Of a DNA stretch of 64,000 nucleotides, positions 49,750 through 58,760 are shown piece after piece. Origin of the DNA: an uncultured Candidatus Entotheonella sp. (GTDB lineage: Bacteria > Tectomicrobia > Entotheonellia > Entotheonellales > Entotheonellaceae); the NCBI GenBank assembly GCA_965217185.1, contig OZ244252.1, positions 2,272,001 through 2,336,000 of the forward strand, written 5' to 3'. The position numbers and the translations under genes were made by a program. Numbering within the stretch: position 1 is the first letter of the stretch; each line of letters opens with the position of its first letter. Under the pieces are notes generated by a model. The model searched no databases and was not told where the DNA came from. It saw only the letters and a list, made by a program, of their open reading frames with translations.

Positions 49750-50211
49750 TTATCCGACTTGTTGCTTGGCCTGAACGTAGGCCATTTGAAGCTGCGGGAG
49801 CAATTCCTGCAGAAAGCGGTCTTCCTCGGTGGTCAGATTGCCGCGGGTCTTTTCCCGCAGCATCATGAGGATGTTGATAGTGTGTTGCGCCTGCGCCAAA
49901 TCGACCTGCGGCTGCTGGGTAAGCGGGTTGGGCACCTGACCGAGGAAAACCATCACGTTGTTGGTCAGCATCATCACGAAGGAGGCGAAATCGACCGGTG
50001 GCAGGTCTTGCGGAGCGGTTTCCGTCGGCGGCGTTTGCGGCTGCTGGGCTGCTGCAGGTTCCTCCTGCTTGGGCGGCGGTGGCGTTTCGGGTTCGGCAGG
50101 TCCGGGCGGGCTGGCGTCAGTGACTCTTTCCCCGGAAGGCGTGAATAGTCGCTTGTCGGATACGATGAACCCTTTCTCCTCCTGTTCCTCCGGCGAATGC
50201 TCCGCTGTCAT
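49750..50211 (-). CDS. DUF1844 family protein
   Basis: VSDKR, LG..PNP, A...I.IL.ML.EKT.GNL..EE motifs. Confidence 0.8.
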   Translation of the reverse strand: MTAEHSPEEQEEKGFIVSDKRLFTPSGERVTDASPPGPAEPETPPPPKQEEPAAAQQPQTPPTETAPQDLPPVDFASFVMMLTNNVMVFLGQVPNPLTQQPQVDLAQAQHTINILMMLREKTRGNLTTEEDRFLQELLPQLQMAYVQAKQQVG

Positions 50212-50233
50212 GACCTTCCCTCCTACTGATGTC

Positions 50234-51316
50234 CTATTCTGCGTGGCGGACGATCCAGCCGCCGCCGATGACCGTGTCGCCATCGTAGAATACCGCCGCC
50301 TGCCCAGGCGCGACGGCGAACTGCGGTTCGCGCAACTCTACCCGGGCCTGCTCACCGTCAACAGGATGCACCGTTGCCGGAATGGGCTGCTGGCGGTAGC
50401 GAATCTGCACGGTGGTGTCCAACGGACGCTCGGGGGGTGTTTGCATCCAGTTCAGGCGCTCCACCGTGAAGGTGTCCCTTGTCGCCTCGTGCCGTGTCCC
50501 GACCACCAAGGTGTTGTCGGTCGGCTGCACGCTGACCACGTGCAACGGTTGCGCCGCGGCGATGCCCAGTCCGCGCCGCTGCCCCACGGTGTAAAACGGC
50601 AGGCCCTGATGCTCACCGAGCGCCTTGCCGGATGTGTCGACGATGGGCCCCGGTCGAAAGGTGTCCGCCTCCAGCCGGGGCCGCAGGAACGTCCGGTAGT
50701 CGCCGTCGGGTATGAAGCAGATTTCCTGACTCTCCGCCTTCGTCGCCACTTTGAGGTTGAATTGCGAGGCCATGTCCCGCACCTCGTTTTTGCTGAAATC
50801 ACCGAGCGGAAACATGGCGTGGCTTAACTGCTCCTGAGACAGGTCGAAGAGGAAATACGACTGATCCTTGCCGGCATCCCTGCCGCGTCGGATACGATGC
50901 CGGCCGTCATCGTTGCGTACCACGCTGGCGTAATGGCCGGTGGCCACACAGTCGGCGCCAAGCTGCTGCGCCCGCTGCTGCAGGGCGGCGAATTTCAGGT
51001 GGCGGTTGCATTGTGTACACGGGTTGGGGGTATAGCCGTTCTGGTAGGAAGAGATGAAATCGTCGATGACGTGACGGGCAAACGGCTCCTTGAAATTCGC
51101 CACGTAGAAGGGGATGCCCAACTGGCCGGCGACCCGCCGCGCGTCGGAAACGTCGTCCATCGTGCAGCAGGTTTTGTGATGCCCCTCGACGGCTTCCGGG
51201 CCGTCCCAGAGCTTCATGGTAACGCCGATGCACTCGTAGCCCCGGGCGTGCAACAGGGCGGCGCATACCGAACTGTCAACGCCGCCGCTCATTGCCACAA
51301 CCACGCGCTTGTTCAC
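50234..51316 (-). CDS. mnmA: tRNA 2-thiouridine(34) synthase MnmA
   Basis: AMSGGVDS, TPNPCTQCN, KDQSYFL, SQEICF, YTVGQR and PGQ motifs. Confidence 0.96.
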   Translation of the reverse strand: MNKRVVVAMSGGVDSSVCAALLHARGYECIGVTMKLWDGPEAVEGHHKTCCTMDDVSDARRVAGQLGIPFYVANFKEPFARHVIDDFISSYQNGYTPNPCTQCNRHLKFAALQQRAQQLGADCVATGHYASVVRNDDGRHRIRRGRDAGKDQSYFLFDLSQEQLSHAMFPLGDFSKNEVRDMASQFNLKVATKAESQEICFIPDGDYRTFLRPRLEADTFRPGPIVDTSGKALGEHQGLPFYTVGQRRGLGIAAAQPLHVVSVQPTDNTLVVGTRHEATRDTFTVERLNWMQTPPERPLDTTVQIRYRQQPIPATVHPVDGEQARVELREPQFAVAPGQAAVFYDGDTVIGGGWIVRHAE

Positions 51317-51872
51317 AGGGATCCTTTTCCGCTGGGGTGAGGAAAGAAAGTTGCGTGTTGCCGTAACGTTTGTTTTGCCAAAGGGTGTAGCCCGGCAAGA
51401 CAAGCGGTTCACGCGGCATGGCGTGTTGCCAAACGATCAGGCCATCGGGTGCCAGGAGGCTGCAATCGTCCAAGGTAATAAGCGTTGCCTCTGCCAAGTC
51501 CGAAGCGTAAGGCGGGTCCAGGAAGAGAACGTCTACTTGCCGAGTCGCCGGCAGCTTCCGCACCGCCTGAGGCAGCGCCGCCGCCACGATAGTTGCCTGC
51601 GATTCGGCGCCGCAACGGCTGATGTTGGCGCGCAGGGCCAGCAGGGCACGACGGTCGTTCTCAATGAAATAAACGTGTCCAGCGCCCTGGCTCAGAGCTT
51701 CCAGACCCACGCTCCCGGTGCCGGCAAACATGTCTACGAAGATACAACCGGGAACCCATTCCCGCAACGTGTTGAAGAGGGCTTGCCGGACCCGCCCGCT
51801 GGTGGGGCGTACCTGCCGTCCGGGGACCGTTTGCAGGCGGCGCCCCTTGGTGGTTCCGCCCTCGATGCGCAT
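51276..51872 (-). CDS. rsmD: 16S rRNA (guanine966-N2)-methyltransferase RsmD
   Basis: MRIEGG..KGR, RPT, FAGTGSVGLEALS and FLDPPY motifs. Confidence 0.93.
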   Translation of the reverse strand: MRIEGGTTKGRRLQTVPGRQVRPTSGRVRQALFNTLREWVPGCIFVDMFAGTGSVGLEALSQGAGHVYFIENDRRALLALRANISRCGAESQATIVAAALPQAVRKLPATRQVDVLFLDPPYASDLAEATLITLDDCSLLAPDGLIVWQHAMPREPLVLPGYTLWQNKRYGNTQLSFLTPAEKDPCEQARGCGNERRR

Positions 51873-51897
51873 CCGTTTTCTTCCCGCAGGTCAGCGA

Positions 51898-52881
51898 TTA
51901 CCAATCCAGGGTGGGGAGCAGACGAGCCGCTTCCTTGGCGTGATAGGTGAGGATCATGTCGGCCCCGGCGCGCTTGATGCTGGTCAGCGCCTCGAGGATG
52001 GCGCGCGGCTCGTCCAGCCAGCCGTTGGCCGCCGCCGCTTTGATCATGGCGTATTCGCCGCTGACGTTGTAGGCCGCCAGGGGGAGGTCCGTGATCTGGC
52101 GGGCCCGTGCGATGATGTCGAGGTAGGGAAGGGCGGGCTTGATCATGACGATGTCGGCGCCTTCCTCGATATCGAGCCGCACTTCCCGCAACGCCTCGCG
52201 GGCGTTGGGCGGGGCCATCTGGTAGGACCGCCGGTCGCCGAACTGCGGCGCCGACTGCACGGCCTCCCGGAAGGGGCCATAGAAGGTGGAAGCGTACTTG
52301 GCCGCGTAAGCCATGATGGGGATTTGCGCGTAGCCCTTACCGTCGAGACTGGCGCGGATGGCCTGCACCCGGCCGTCCATCATGTCGGACGGCGCCACCA
52401 TGTCGGCGCCGGCTTCAACGTGCGACAGCGCGGTGCGGCAGAGCAGGTCCAGGGTCGCGTCGTTGGCGATGTGCTCGCCTTCCACGACGCCGCAGTGACC
52501 GTGATCGGTGTATTCGCACAGGCACACGTCGGTGATCACCAATAACTCGGGTACGGCTTTCTTCATGGCCCGAATCGCCTGTTGCACCGCGCCCGAGTCG
52601 CTGTACGCCTCCCTGCCGATTGCGTCCTTGCTTTCGGGCAGGCCGAAAAGCAGCACCGCGGGAATGCCGTGGTCCGCGACGTCTTTAACCTCTTCGACGG
52701 CCATATCGGCGGACAGGTGATACTGGCCGGGCAGCGAGGAAATCTCCTGGCGCACCCGGCTGCCCGGCGTGATGAACATGGGGTAGATGAAATCGCTCGG
52801 GCTCAACGTCGTCTCTTGCACCAAACGGCGCCATCCTTGCCGCTCACGCAGCCGACGCGCCCGGTATGCTGGGAAACGCAT
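51898..52881 (-). CDS. hemB: Porphobilinogen synthase
   Basis: DVCLCEYTDHGHCG, SDMMDG, FYGPFR, MIKP and YNVSGEY motifs. Confidence 0.98.
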   Translation of the reverse strand: MRFPAYRARRLRERQGWRRLVQETTLSPSDFIYPMFITPGSRVRQEISSLPGQYHLSADMAVEEVKDVADHGIPAVLLFGLPESKDAIGREAYSDSGAVQQAIRAMKKAVPELLVITDVCLCEYTDHGHCGVVEGEHIANDATLDLLCRTALSHVEAGADMVAPSDMMDGRVQAIRASLDGKGYAQIPIMAYAAKYASTFYGPFREAVQSAPQFGDRRSYQMAPPNAREALREVRLDIEEGADIVMIKPALPYLDIIARARQITDLPLAAYNVSGEYAMIKAAAANGWLDEPRAILEALTSIKRAGADMILTYHAKEAARLLPTLDW

Positions 52882-52908
52882 GGTCTGCCTCCTTGCTATG
52901 AACCTTGC

Positions 52909-53300
52909 CTATTTCGCCTCTGAATTTGCTCGAAGGAACGTTCTGTAACCCGCTTCGTCGAGTGCGCCGGCTGCCAGTTCTATAACAGCCTGATGAGTCG
53001 CGGCCTCCTCGGTAGCAATGAAGTTATAACCATTCAACTCAAGAAACAGAATACCGACCACGAATCCTGTGCGCTTGTTACCATCGAAGAATGGATGATT
53101 GCGGAGGATACCAGCCGTGTATGCCACCGCCATGTCGATGAGATGGGATTATCCGCGTAGGCGTATAACTGCCGTGCCCGCGCCAGAGCGGATTGTAGTA
53201 AGCCATTGTCACGCAACTCTGTTGCGCCGCCGTCCAGCGCAAGAAGGCGATCATGCAGTTCCAACACGTCTCGCGCTTCAATCCAGACAGGTTCCGTCAC
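52909..53300 (-). pseudogene. doc: Death-on-curing (Doc/Fic) toxin with a 1-nt frameshift
   Basis: 5' part LELHD..GG...RD.GLLQSALAR and 3' part HPFFDGNKRT are in different frames. One added G (minus strand) at 53144/53145 restores ..NPDLIDMAVAY... Confidence 0.85.
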
Positions 53301-56300
53301 TTGGACAAAATGTGCAGCGTATTGCGATAGCGGCCGATGATATTTTCGGCTTGGGCTATTCTTTCTTCAAAGCCAGGATTATTGGGTATGGGAGCGGTAA
53401 GGTCGAGGCCAAACACGGTAATGCGAACATCGTGCCCGGTTTCCGCTTCAAGGGCCTGCGCTTTGTCCTTCAGACGTGTAACGAGTTCTTGAAACTTGAT
53501 CCGTTTCCGGGTTTCAGGGTGTCTCCAGTGATTCTTTCTTCCGTGGTAGGTCAGCAGCAGGCAACCGGCCTTGCAGTTTGCATGTCGCAAATACTTCCCC
53601 ATTAGTTGCTCTTGAAGTGCTTCCTCAAGTTGCTTCAATGTCCAGTGGTCTACAATCTTTACCTCAATAACGGTTTTCTGATTCCCATTGGTAGTCAAGA
53701 GTCGGATGTCGGTGCGCTTCCCATCGGCCACCTCTTCCTCCCGCGTTACTATGTAGGTGCCGTTCGCCTTCTCTCTGATCCGCCGGGCAAGCGTGCGCTG
53801 CATCTCCGATTCCGCGTCGATTCTCTGAACCGTTCGCCGGTCTGAGAAATCGTGGCGGGCGAGGTCATATTGGAGGTCATCCAGCCGATCTATCATGACG
53901 TCGAACAAACCGTCCCTGTCTTGGGGAGAAGCCTCATACCGGCTTTCCAATGCAATCACGTCCTCGGCCTCAAACAGTGGAAACTCAGCGTCGGTGGCCA
54001 CTCGTCGCCGAGCCAAGGAACGCAGGTGGTCAGACCTATTGACGAAATCTTGTTCTTGAGCCAACTGCAGGAGGACCCGACAGGTTTCGGCGCCAGGCGT
54101 ATCGCACAGCCACGAGAGCAGGAAGTGCCGAGCCGTCTGGGCATCGTCTCGCGCGTTCGGTCTATACGCCCCTTCGTGAACCTCATCGTCCTCCGGTCGG
54201 ACGAATACGTAGGCGTGGCGGACAAGTTGGCCAAGGAGACCGGCTCGCTGGACCGGCTCAATAGTCTCGAAATTCGCAGTGCTGTTCCCGTTGAAGAGTG
54301 TGCCAAACGCCCTGATCGCCCATTGCTGGGTGCTGGTGTCGACACCGTCCGGGAGTTGTGCGATCAATGCCTCCGTACCCCTCGCCGCATCGAACCGAAA
54401 CAGACCTCCGAGCCAATCTAGCGCCAGCGGCCCGGTTGGATCTGCCTTGAACCGTTTGGCGCACTCTCGCGCGGTTGCTTGGCACTTCGTCCCCTTATCT
54501 GCGCTGGCCAAAATTCGCAATACGTAATCAAGATGGTGCGCCCAATTCGGCGCGGCGTCCTTCGTGAAGGCCTCCGGCCACAATTCCAGTTCAGCTATCA
54601 GACGAGGGATGACAAGTCGCTTAAGGTTGCTGTCGGCGTAAGCAAGATTCTGGAGGGTTGACAGGTGACCGTGAGAACCCCCGACCCTCAATTCCGCACT
54701 CACTTCGCCACCAATTACCGTCTCCACCTCCTGGGGATGGAATTCCGCCAAATCCGAGATGAAGGGCGAGAAGCCGTTCAATTCGATGGTGGCGTAAGCC
54801 GTTGCCGTGCGGGCCTCGGCAGAGGACAAGGCAGCCGTCCAACCTGGCGTTGAGGCCTCTGCCAGGAGCCCCTGAAGTCCGTAAATCCAGTCATAGGGCG
54901 TACCACCTCTCGCGTCGGCCGGCCGCTCGGACCACAGTATTGGCACAGTGGCACGCCAGAATGCTCTTAACGCCGTCTCGGCGGAGTTAACAACCTTCGG
55001 GTCAAATGCCTCTGCCAGGGCCTCCCTGTCCCACAAGCCGTATCGATTCCGGCTTGGTTTGGCCGCACAGAGCCACCCGTAAAGGTTGTCCATAGTGACT
55101 CTCAGTTTTGCCGGCGAAAAGGCGCCAGCAGGGTCGGCTAGCGTTTCCACGCGCCATTTCTTCCAGCCTTCTAAACGCTGGGCTTCTTGGACGTCGCGAA
55201 CGCGGGCTTCATCTCGCCACTCCCGTTCCATCCTCTCGCGCTTTTCGTCTCGGTCGCTCGGCGCCGTACAATTCCTCAAAATTCGCCCCAGGTCCTCATC
55301 ACCCTTAAGTTTTTCGCGCATGGTTTCAAGGTCGGACGGGTCTTGTCCTCGTGCGCGCCAGATCCGAATGAGGGCATAAAGGGCAACGGCTCGTCGCTCT
55401 GGACGACTCTCGTCCGCGAGGGCTGTTTCGAGCCAAGGCCGGTCTGCATTGTCAAGGGAGCCTACAAGACTGTCGGTCGTCGCATAACGGAGCCGCACCC
55501 GAGCGTCGTCGGACGGGATGATTTCGTCCATCAATTCCAACTCGGCCCAGAAGGCATCATCCCGCCAGTTTGAGTTCGTATCGAAATGTTCTCTAAGTCT
55601 ACGAATCGGGCTTTGCCTGATCGATTGCTTGCCGTCGAATCGGGAAGCAATTACACAGGCGCGAATCAATTCTTTGGAAGGTCTGCCAGATGCCTCGGGT
55701 AATTGCCGTTCGCACAACATCGCGAGCGTCGGCGCAAGGTCGTCGAATTCGCTTCTGATATCGTGAAGTTCTTGCTCTTCCTCGCGTCCGCGCCAAACGA
55801 GGTCGACCAATCTTCCCCGCAGTTCGATGGCCTGCTCCGATCCAGGCTCGACGGCCTCGACCGCCTGCCGCAATAACCAATCAAAATTGCGAACCGTTTT
55901 GCCTGAGACACGGGACCGTTTCTCAATCAGCGTTGCAAGCTCTTCTGCTCCAATGATGTGCGGGAAAATATCTGACCCTACACCGAACACGATTTCGGCG
56001 GACCAAGACTCTGGATGAGCCAACATTTCGTTCGCAAGTTCCCGAACTCTGTCATTGCAACCGCAGGCAAGGAGCGCTCGAATTGCCGCAATGCGATTGC
56101 CGGCTTCCCAATCCGTGTTGCGGGCAGCGATATAAGCCAAATCCGCGCAACCTCGGACCGGTCCCTGCCAGATCAGTTGAAGCAGCAAGCCACGAACATC
56201 ATGGTTCGCCGGTTCGGTTTCCCAACACTCGCGTATGACAGGCGCGAGTGTTGGATGCGCAAGCCTGCGAACGTCGTTGATAAAGAACCTCGGAGCGCGC

Positions 56301-57754
56301 TCATCATTCTGACTGTACTGCCCTACGAATGCGCGGACGAGGTCCTTTCGCGCCGGAAGGGGAAGCGCTCCCGGATCGCCAAAGGAGATCAGCGTTTCGG
56401 GCTCCCGCTCGATCAATTCTTGCCGTACGGCGTCATCCCAGAGGGCTAGCCATGCAGTGATCGCACGCATTGAGGGAACCACAAGCTTGTAGCCGAACTG
56501 TTCCGCGAACAAGAGACGAAACAATGCCTTTGTGGACATGCCATCATCACGCAGCCGCCGCAGGCGACGAGCAGCGAGATACTCCTGAACAGAACGGTGG
56601 TGAAAGCGAATGCGTCCGTAGGTGGCGGGGTCGAAAAGAGCGCGCCGAAGAAGCGCCTGACGTTGCTCTTCGGTCCAGTCGGTGAGGATCTCGGCAGGAT
56701 TCAGAACGCCCTCCGTCGCATGGGTTACGGGCGCCTGCTCGGGTGATCGAATGGTGCGTTTGCGGGTTAGGGCCAAGGCGAGCGCAAGGCGTTCTGCGCC
56801 GAGGCGAGCCCTAGCATCAGAAAGAACGCCGCGGTCGCGCCGATCAGGGTCGTCCTCCAATTTGGCCGCGATGTTCCCCTCGTGCTGCTGTTCCCGAGTA
56901 CCGAGGCAACCCGAATTTGTCCACGCCGTGATCAGATCCCTCAAGTCCAAGGGCCGTTGTGCAAAGGTCAAGGCATCCTCTCGGTCGATTTCTTCAAGAA
57001 ACCCTGCCGCGTCGTTCACGCCGGATTGTTCCGCGAACAGCTTGATCTGCTTACCGTTCATCGGAAGCATTCTTACGATTCGCACGCCTTCCCAGTCCGC
57101 GGAGTCTTCGGTTTCGTCGGTACCAGGGCTCGTGTGGCCGAGGTCTTCCCTGAGCGCTTGGATGAATACTTCCTCAGATGGTTGAAGGGAAGCGCGGCGG
57201 TTACTACTCTGCGGGACCGGCAATGCTTTCCGGACCGTGTCCAAGTCGCCGATAGGGCGCCAGTCACTGGGACGACAGGAGATGATTACTCGGGCACGAT
57301 CCAGGAAATCATTCAGGTCCTTTGAGAGTCGATTAAGCGCTCGGCCGAGCTTTCCCCCGGTAAGCTTCAGCTCATCCACTGCGTCGAGGAAAAACCAAGC
57401 CGTTTCCTGGCCATTGGCTCTCCACCGTTTGAAGCTCTCCTCCTCGTCCGGCGAGAGGATGTGGACCACACGCTCTCGGTCCAGGTCATCCAGCGCCACG
57501 AAAAACGCGAACCTTCCCTCTTGAGCGAGGTGCTTCGCCTGTTCTTCCATCTCCTTGGTTTTCCCACTGCCCGCCTCCGCAAGAAGAACGACCCGCATAG
57601 ACTCCAACAACTTGGACCAGCCGAAACTCGGGCCGAATTCATGTTCACTGAACGAGACAAGATGCTCCGTCTCTTCGAGTTCAACGTCTTTTGGCACGTC
57701 GTGAAATTGCCGTTGGAGATCAACGAATTCCATCATGGGTGTCCCGTGCTCCAC
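53297..57754 (-). CDS. Large NACHT/STAND NTPase with C-terminal PD-(D/E)XK nuclease and antitoxin-like tail
   Basis: Walker A AEAGSGKT, Walker B FFLDAVDE, ISCR, FHHRSVQEYLAA, long helical region, and EEE...RTDI...IEVK...QL..KY. Start may be ATG 57736. Confidence 0.8.
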   Translation of the reverse strand: MEHGTPMMEFVDLQRQFHDVPKDVELEETEHLVSFSEHEFGPSFGWSKLLESMRVVLLAEAGSGKTKEMEEQAKHLAQEGRFAFFVALDDLDRERVVHILSPDEEESFKRWRANGQETAWFFLDAVDELKLTGGKLGRALNRLSKDLNDFLDRARVIISCRPSDWRPIGDLDTVRKALPVPQSSNRRASLQPSEEVFIQALREDLGHTSPGTDETEDSADWEGVRIVRMLPMNGKQIKLFAEQSGVNDAAGFLEEIDREDALTFAQRPLDLRDLITAWTNSGCLGTREQQHEGNIAAKLEDDPDRRDRGVLSDARARLGAERLALALALTRKRTIRSPEQAPVTHATEGVLNPAEILTDWTEEQRQALLRRALFDPATYGRIRFHHRSVQEYLAARRLRRLRDDGMSTKALFRLLFAEQFGYKLVVPSMRAITAWLALWDDAVRQELIEREPETLISFGDPGALPLPARKDLVRAFVGQYSQNDERAPRFFINDVRRLAHPTLAPVIRECWETEPANHDVRGLLLQLIWQGPVRGCADLAYIAARNTDWEAGNRIAAIRALLACGCNDRVRELANEMLAHPESWSAEIVFGVGSDIFPHIIGAEELATLIEKRSRVSGKTVRNFDWLLRQAVEAVEPGSEQAIELRGRLVDLVWRGREEEQELHDIRSEFDDLAPTLAMLCERQLPEASGRPSKELIRACVIASRFDGKQSIRQSPIRRLREHFDTNSNWRDDAFWAELELMDEIIPSDDARVRLRYATTDSLVGSLDNADRPWLETALADESRPERRAVALYALIRIWRARGQDPSDLETMREKLKGDEDLGRILRNCTAPSDRDEKRERMEREWRDEARVRDVQEAQRLEGWKKWRVETLADPAGAFSPAKLRVTMDNLYGWLCAAKPSRNRYGLWDREALAEAFDPKVVNSAETALRAFWRATVPILWSERPADARGGTPYDWIYGLQGLLAEASTPGWTAALSSAEARTATAYATIELNGFSPFISDLAEFHPQEVETVIGGEVSAELRVGGSHGHLSTLQNLAYADSNLKRLVIPRLIAELELWPEAFTKDAAPNWAHHLDYVLRILASADKGTKCQATARECAKRFKADPTGPLALDWLGGLFRFDAARGTEALIAQLPDGVDTSTQQWAIRAFGTLFNGNSTANFETIEPVQRAGLLGQLVRHAYVFVRPEDDEVHEGAYRPNARDDAQTARHFLLSWLCDTPGAETCRVLLQLAQEQDFVNRSDHLRSLARRRVATDAEFPLFEAEDVIALESRYEASPQDRDGLFDVMIDRLDDLQYDLARHDFSDRRTVQRIDAESEMQRTLARRIREKANGTYIVTREEEVADGKRTDIRLLTTNGNQKTVIEVKIVDHWTLKQLEEALQEQLMGKYLRHANCKAGCLLLTYHGRKNHWRHPETRKRIKFQELVTRLKDKAQALEAETGHDVRITVFGLDLTAPIPNNPGFEERIAQAENIIGRYRNTLHILSK

Positions 57755-57836
57755 TCCACCGCTGAGGGTTCATTTGGAGTTGTGATCATGGCTATGTATG
57801 GATGAGCGCTCGGGGAAAAGCCGTCAGGACTCTCGG

Positions 57837-58760
57837 TTACAGCGCTTGTAGGATGTCACCGGCGCCGTCGGCGTGCAACTGCGCGGCCAGGTATTCGCCG
57901 AGCGGTACGGCTTGGTCGAGGGGGCCGGTGATCTCCCGGCGCAGCGTGCGGCTGCCGTCGGGGCTGCTGACCAGGGCTTGCACGTGCAGGTGCTCGTCAT
58001 GGCACTGGCCGAGCACGGCGATGGGAACGCTACAGCCGCCGCCCAGATGTTGGAGCACGGTGCGCTCGGCGGCAACGGCGCTGGCCGTGGCGAAATCGTT
58101 CAATGGTGCCAACAGGTCGTCCACCCAATGCCCGGCTGCTGTTTCCAGTGCCAATGCGCCTTGGCCGGCGGGCGGCAGCATCATGTCGATGGGCAGCAAT
58201 TCGGTGATTTCCGACGCCAAGCCCAGGCGGGTCAGGCCCGCGGCCGCCAGCACCACGCCCTCGACGTCCCCCCGGCGCAGTTTGCGCAGCCGGGTGTCAA
58301 CGTTGCCGCGCAGGTCGCAGACCTGCAGCGCGTCGGAGAAGGCCCGCAACTGGGCCTGTCGACGCAGGCTGCTGGTGCCGATCCGCCACGGTCCGTCGAT
58401 TTGCGTCAGCCGCCGGCCGTCCTTACCGACGAAGGCGTCCCGCACCTCGGCGCGCGGCGGCACGGCGCTCACGTGCAGGCCGTCCGGCAGGTCTGTTGGC
58501 ATGTCTTTCATGCTGTGCACCGCGACCTCGATTTCCCCACGCAAGAGCGCCTCTTCGATGTCCTTGACGAACAGTCCCTTGCCGCCGATCTGCGGCAAGG
58601 GGTCGTGGCGGTTGCGGTCGCCCGCGGTTTTGATGACGACGATTTCGGTATGCAATCCGGCGTGGTGTTGTTGCAGGGCCGTTGCCACCCAGCGCGCTTG
58701 CCAGAGGGCCAGCGCACTGCCGCGGGTTCCGATACGGACGTGGGCGTTTGGGGGTATCAC
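57837..58760 (-). CDS. hemC: Hydroxymethylbilane synthase
   Basis: GTRGSALALWQ, GKGLF.K, HSMKD, GTSSLRR, RGNVDTRL and GGCSVP motifs. Confidence 0.97.
   Translation of the reverse strand: MIPPNAHVRIGTRGSALALWQARWVATALQQHHAGLHTEIVVIKTAGDRNRHDPLPQIGGKGLFVKDIEEALLRGEIEVAVHSMKDMPTDLPDGLHVSAVPPRAEVRDAFVGKDGRRLTQIDGPWRIGTSSLRRQAQLRAFSDALQVCDLRGNVDTRLRKLRRGDVEGVVLAAAGLTRLGLASEITELLPIDMMLPPAGQGALALETAAGHWVDDLLAPLNDFATASAVAAERTVLQHLGGGCSVPIAVLGQCHDEHLHVQALVSSPDGSRTLRREITGPLDQAVPLGEYLAAQLHADGAGDILQAL

Noticed and set aside
51276..51316. 41-bp rsmD/mnmA overlap as a frameshift or fusion
   Set aside because: Both proteins have complete motif sets; a short C-terminal extension of RsmD explains the overlap.
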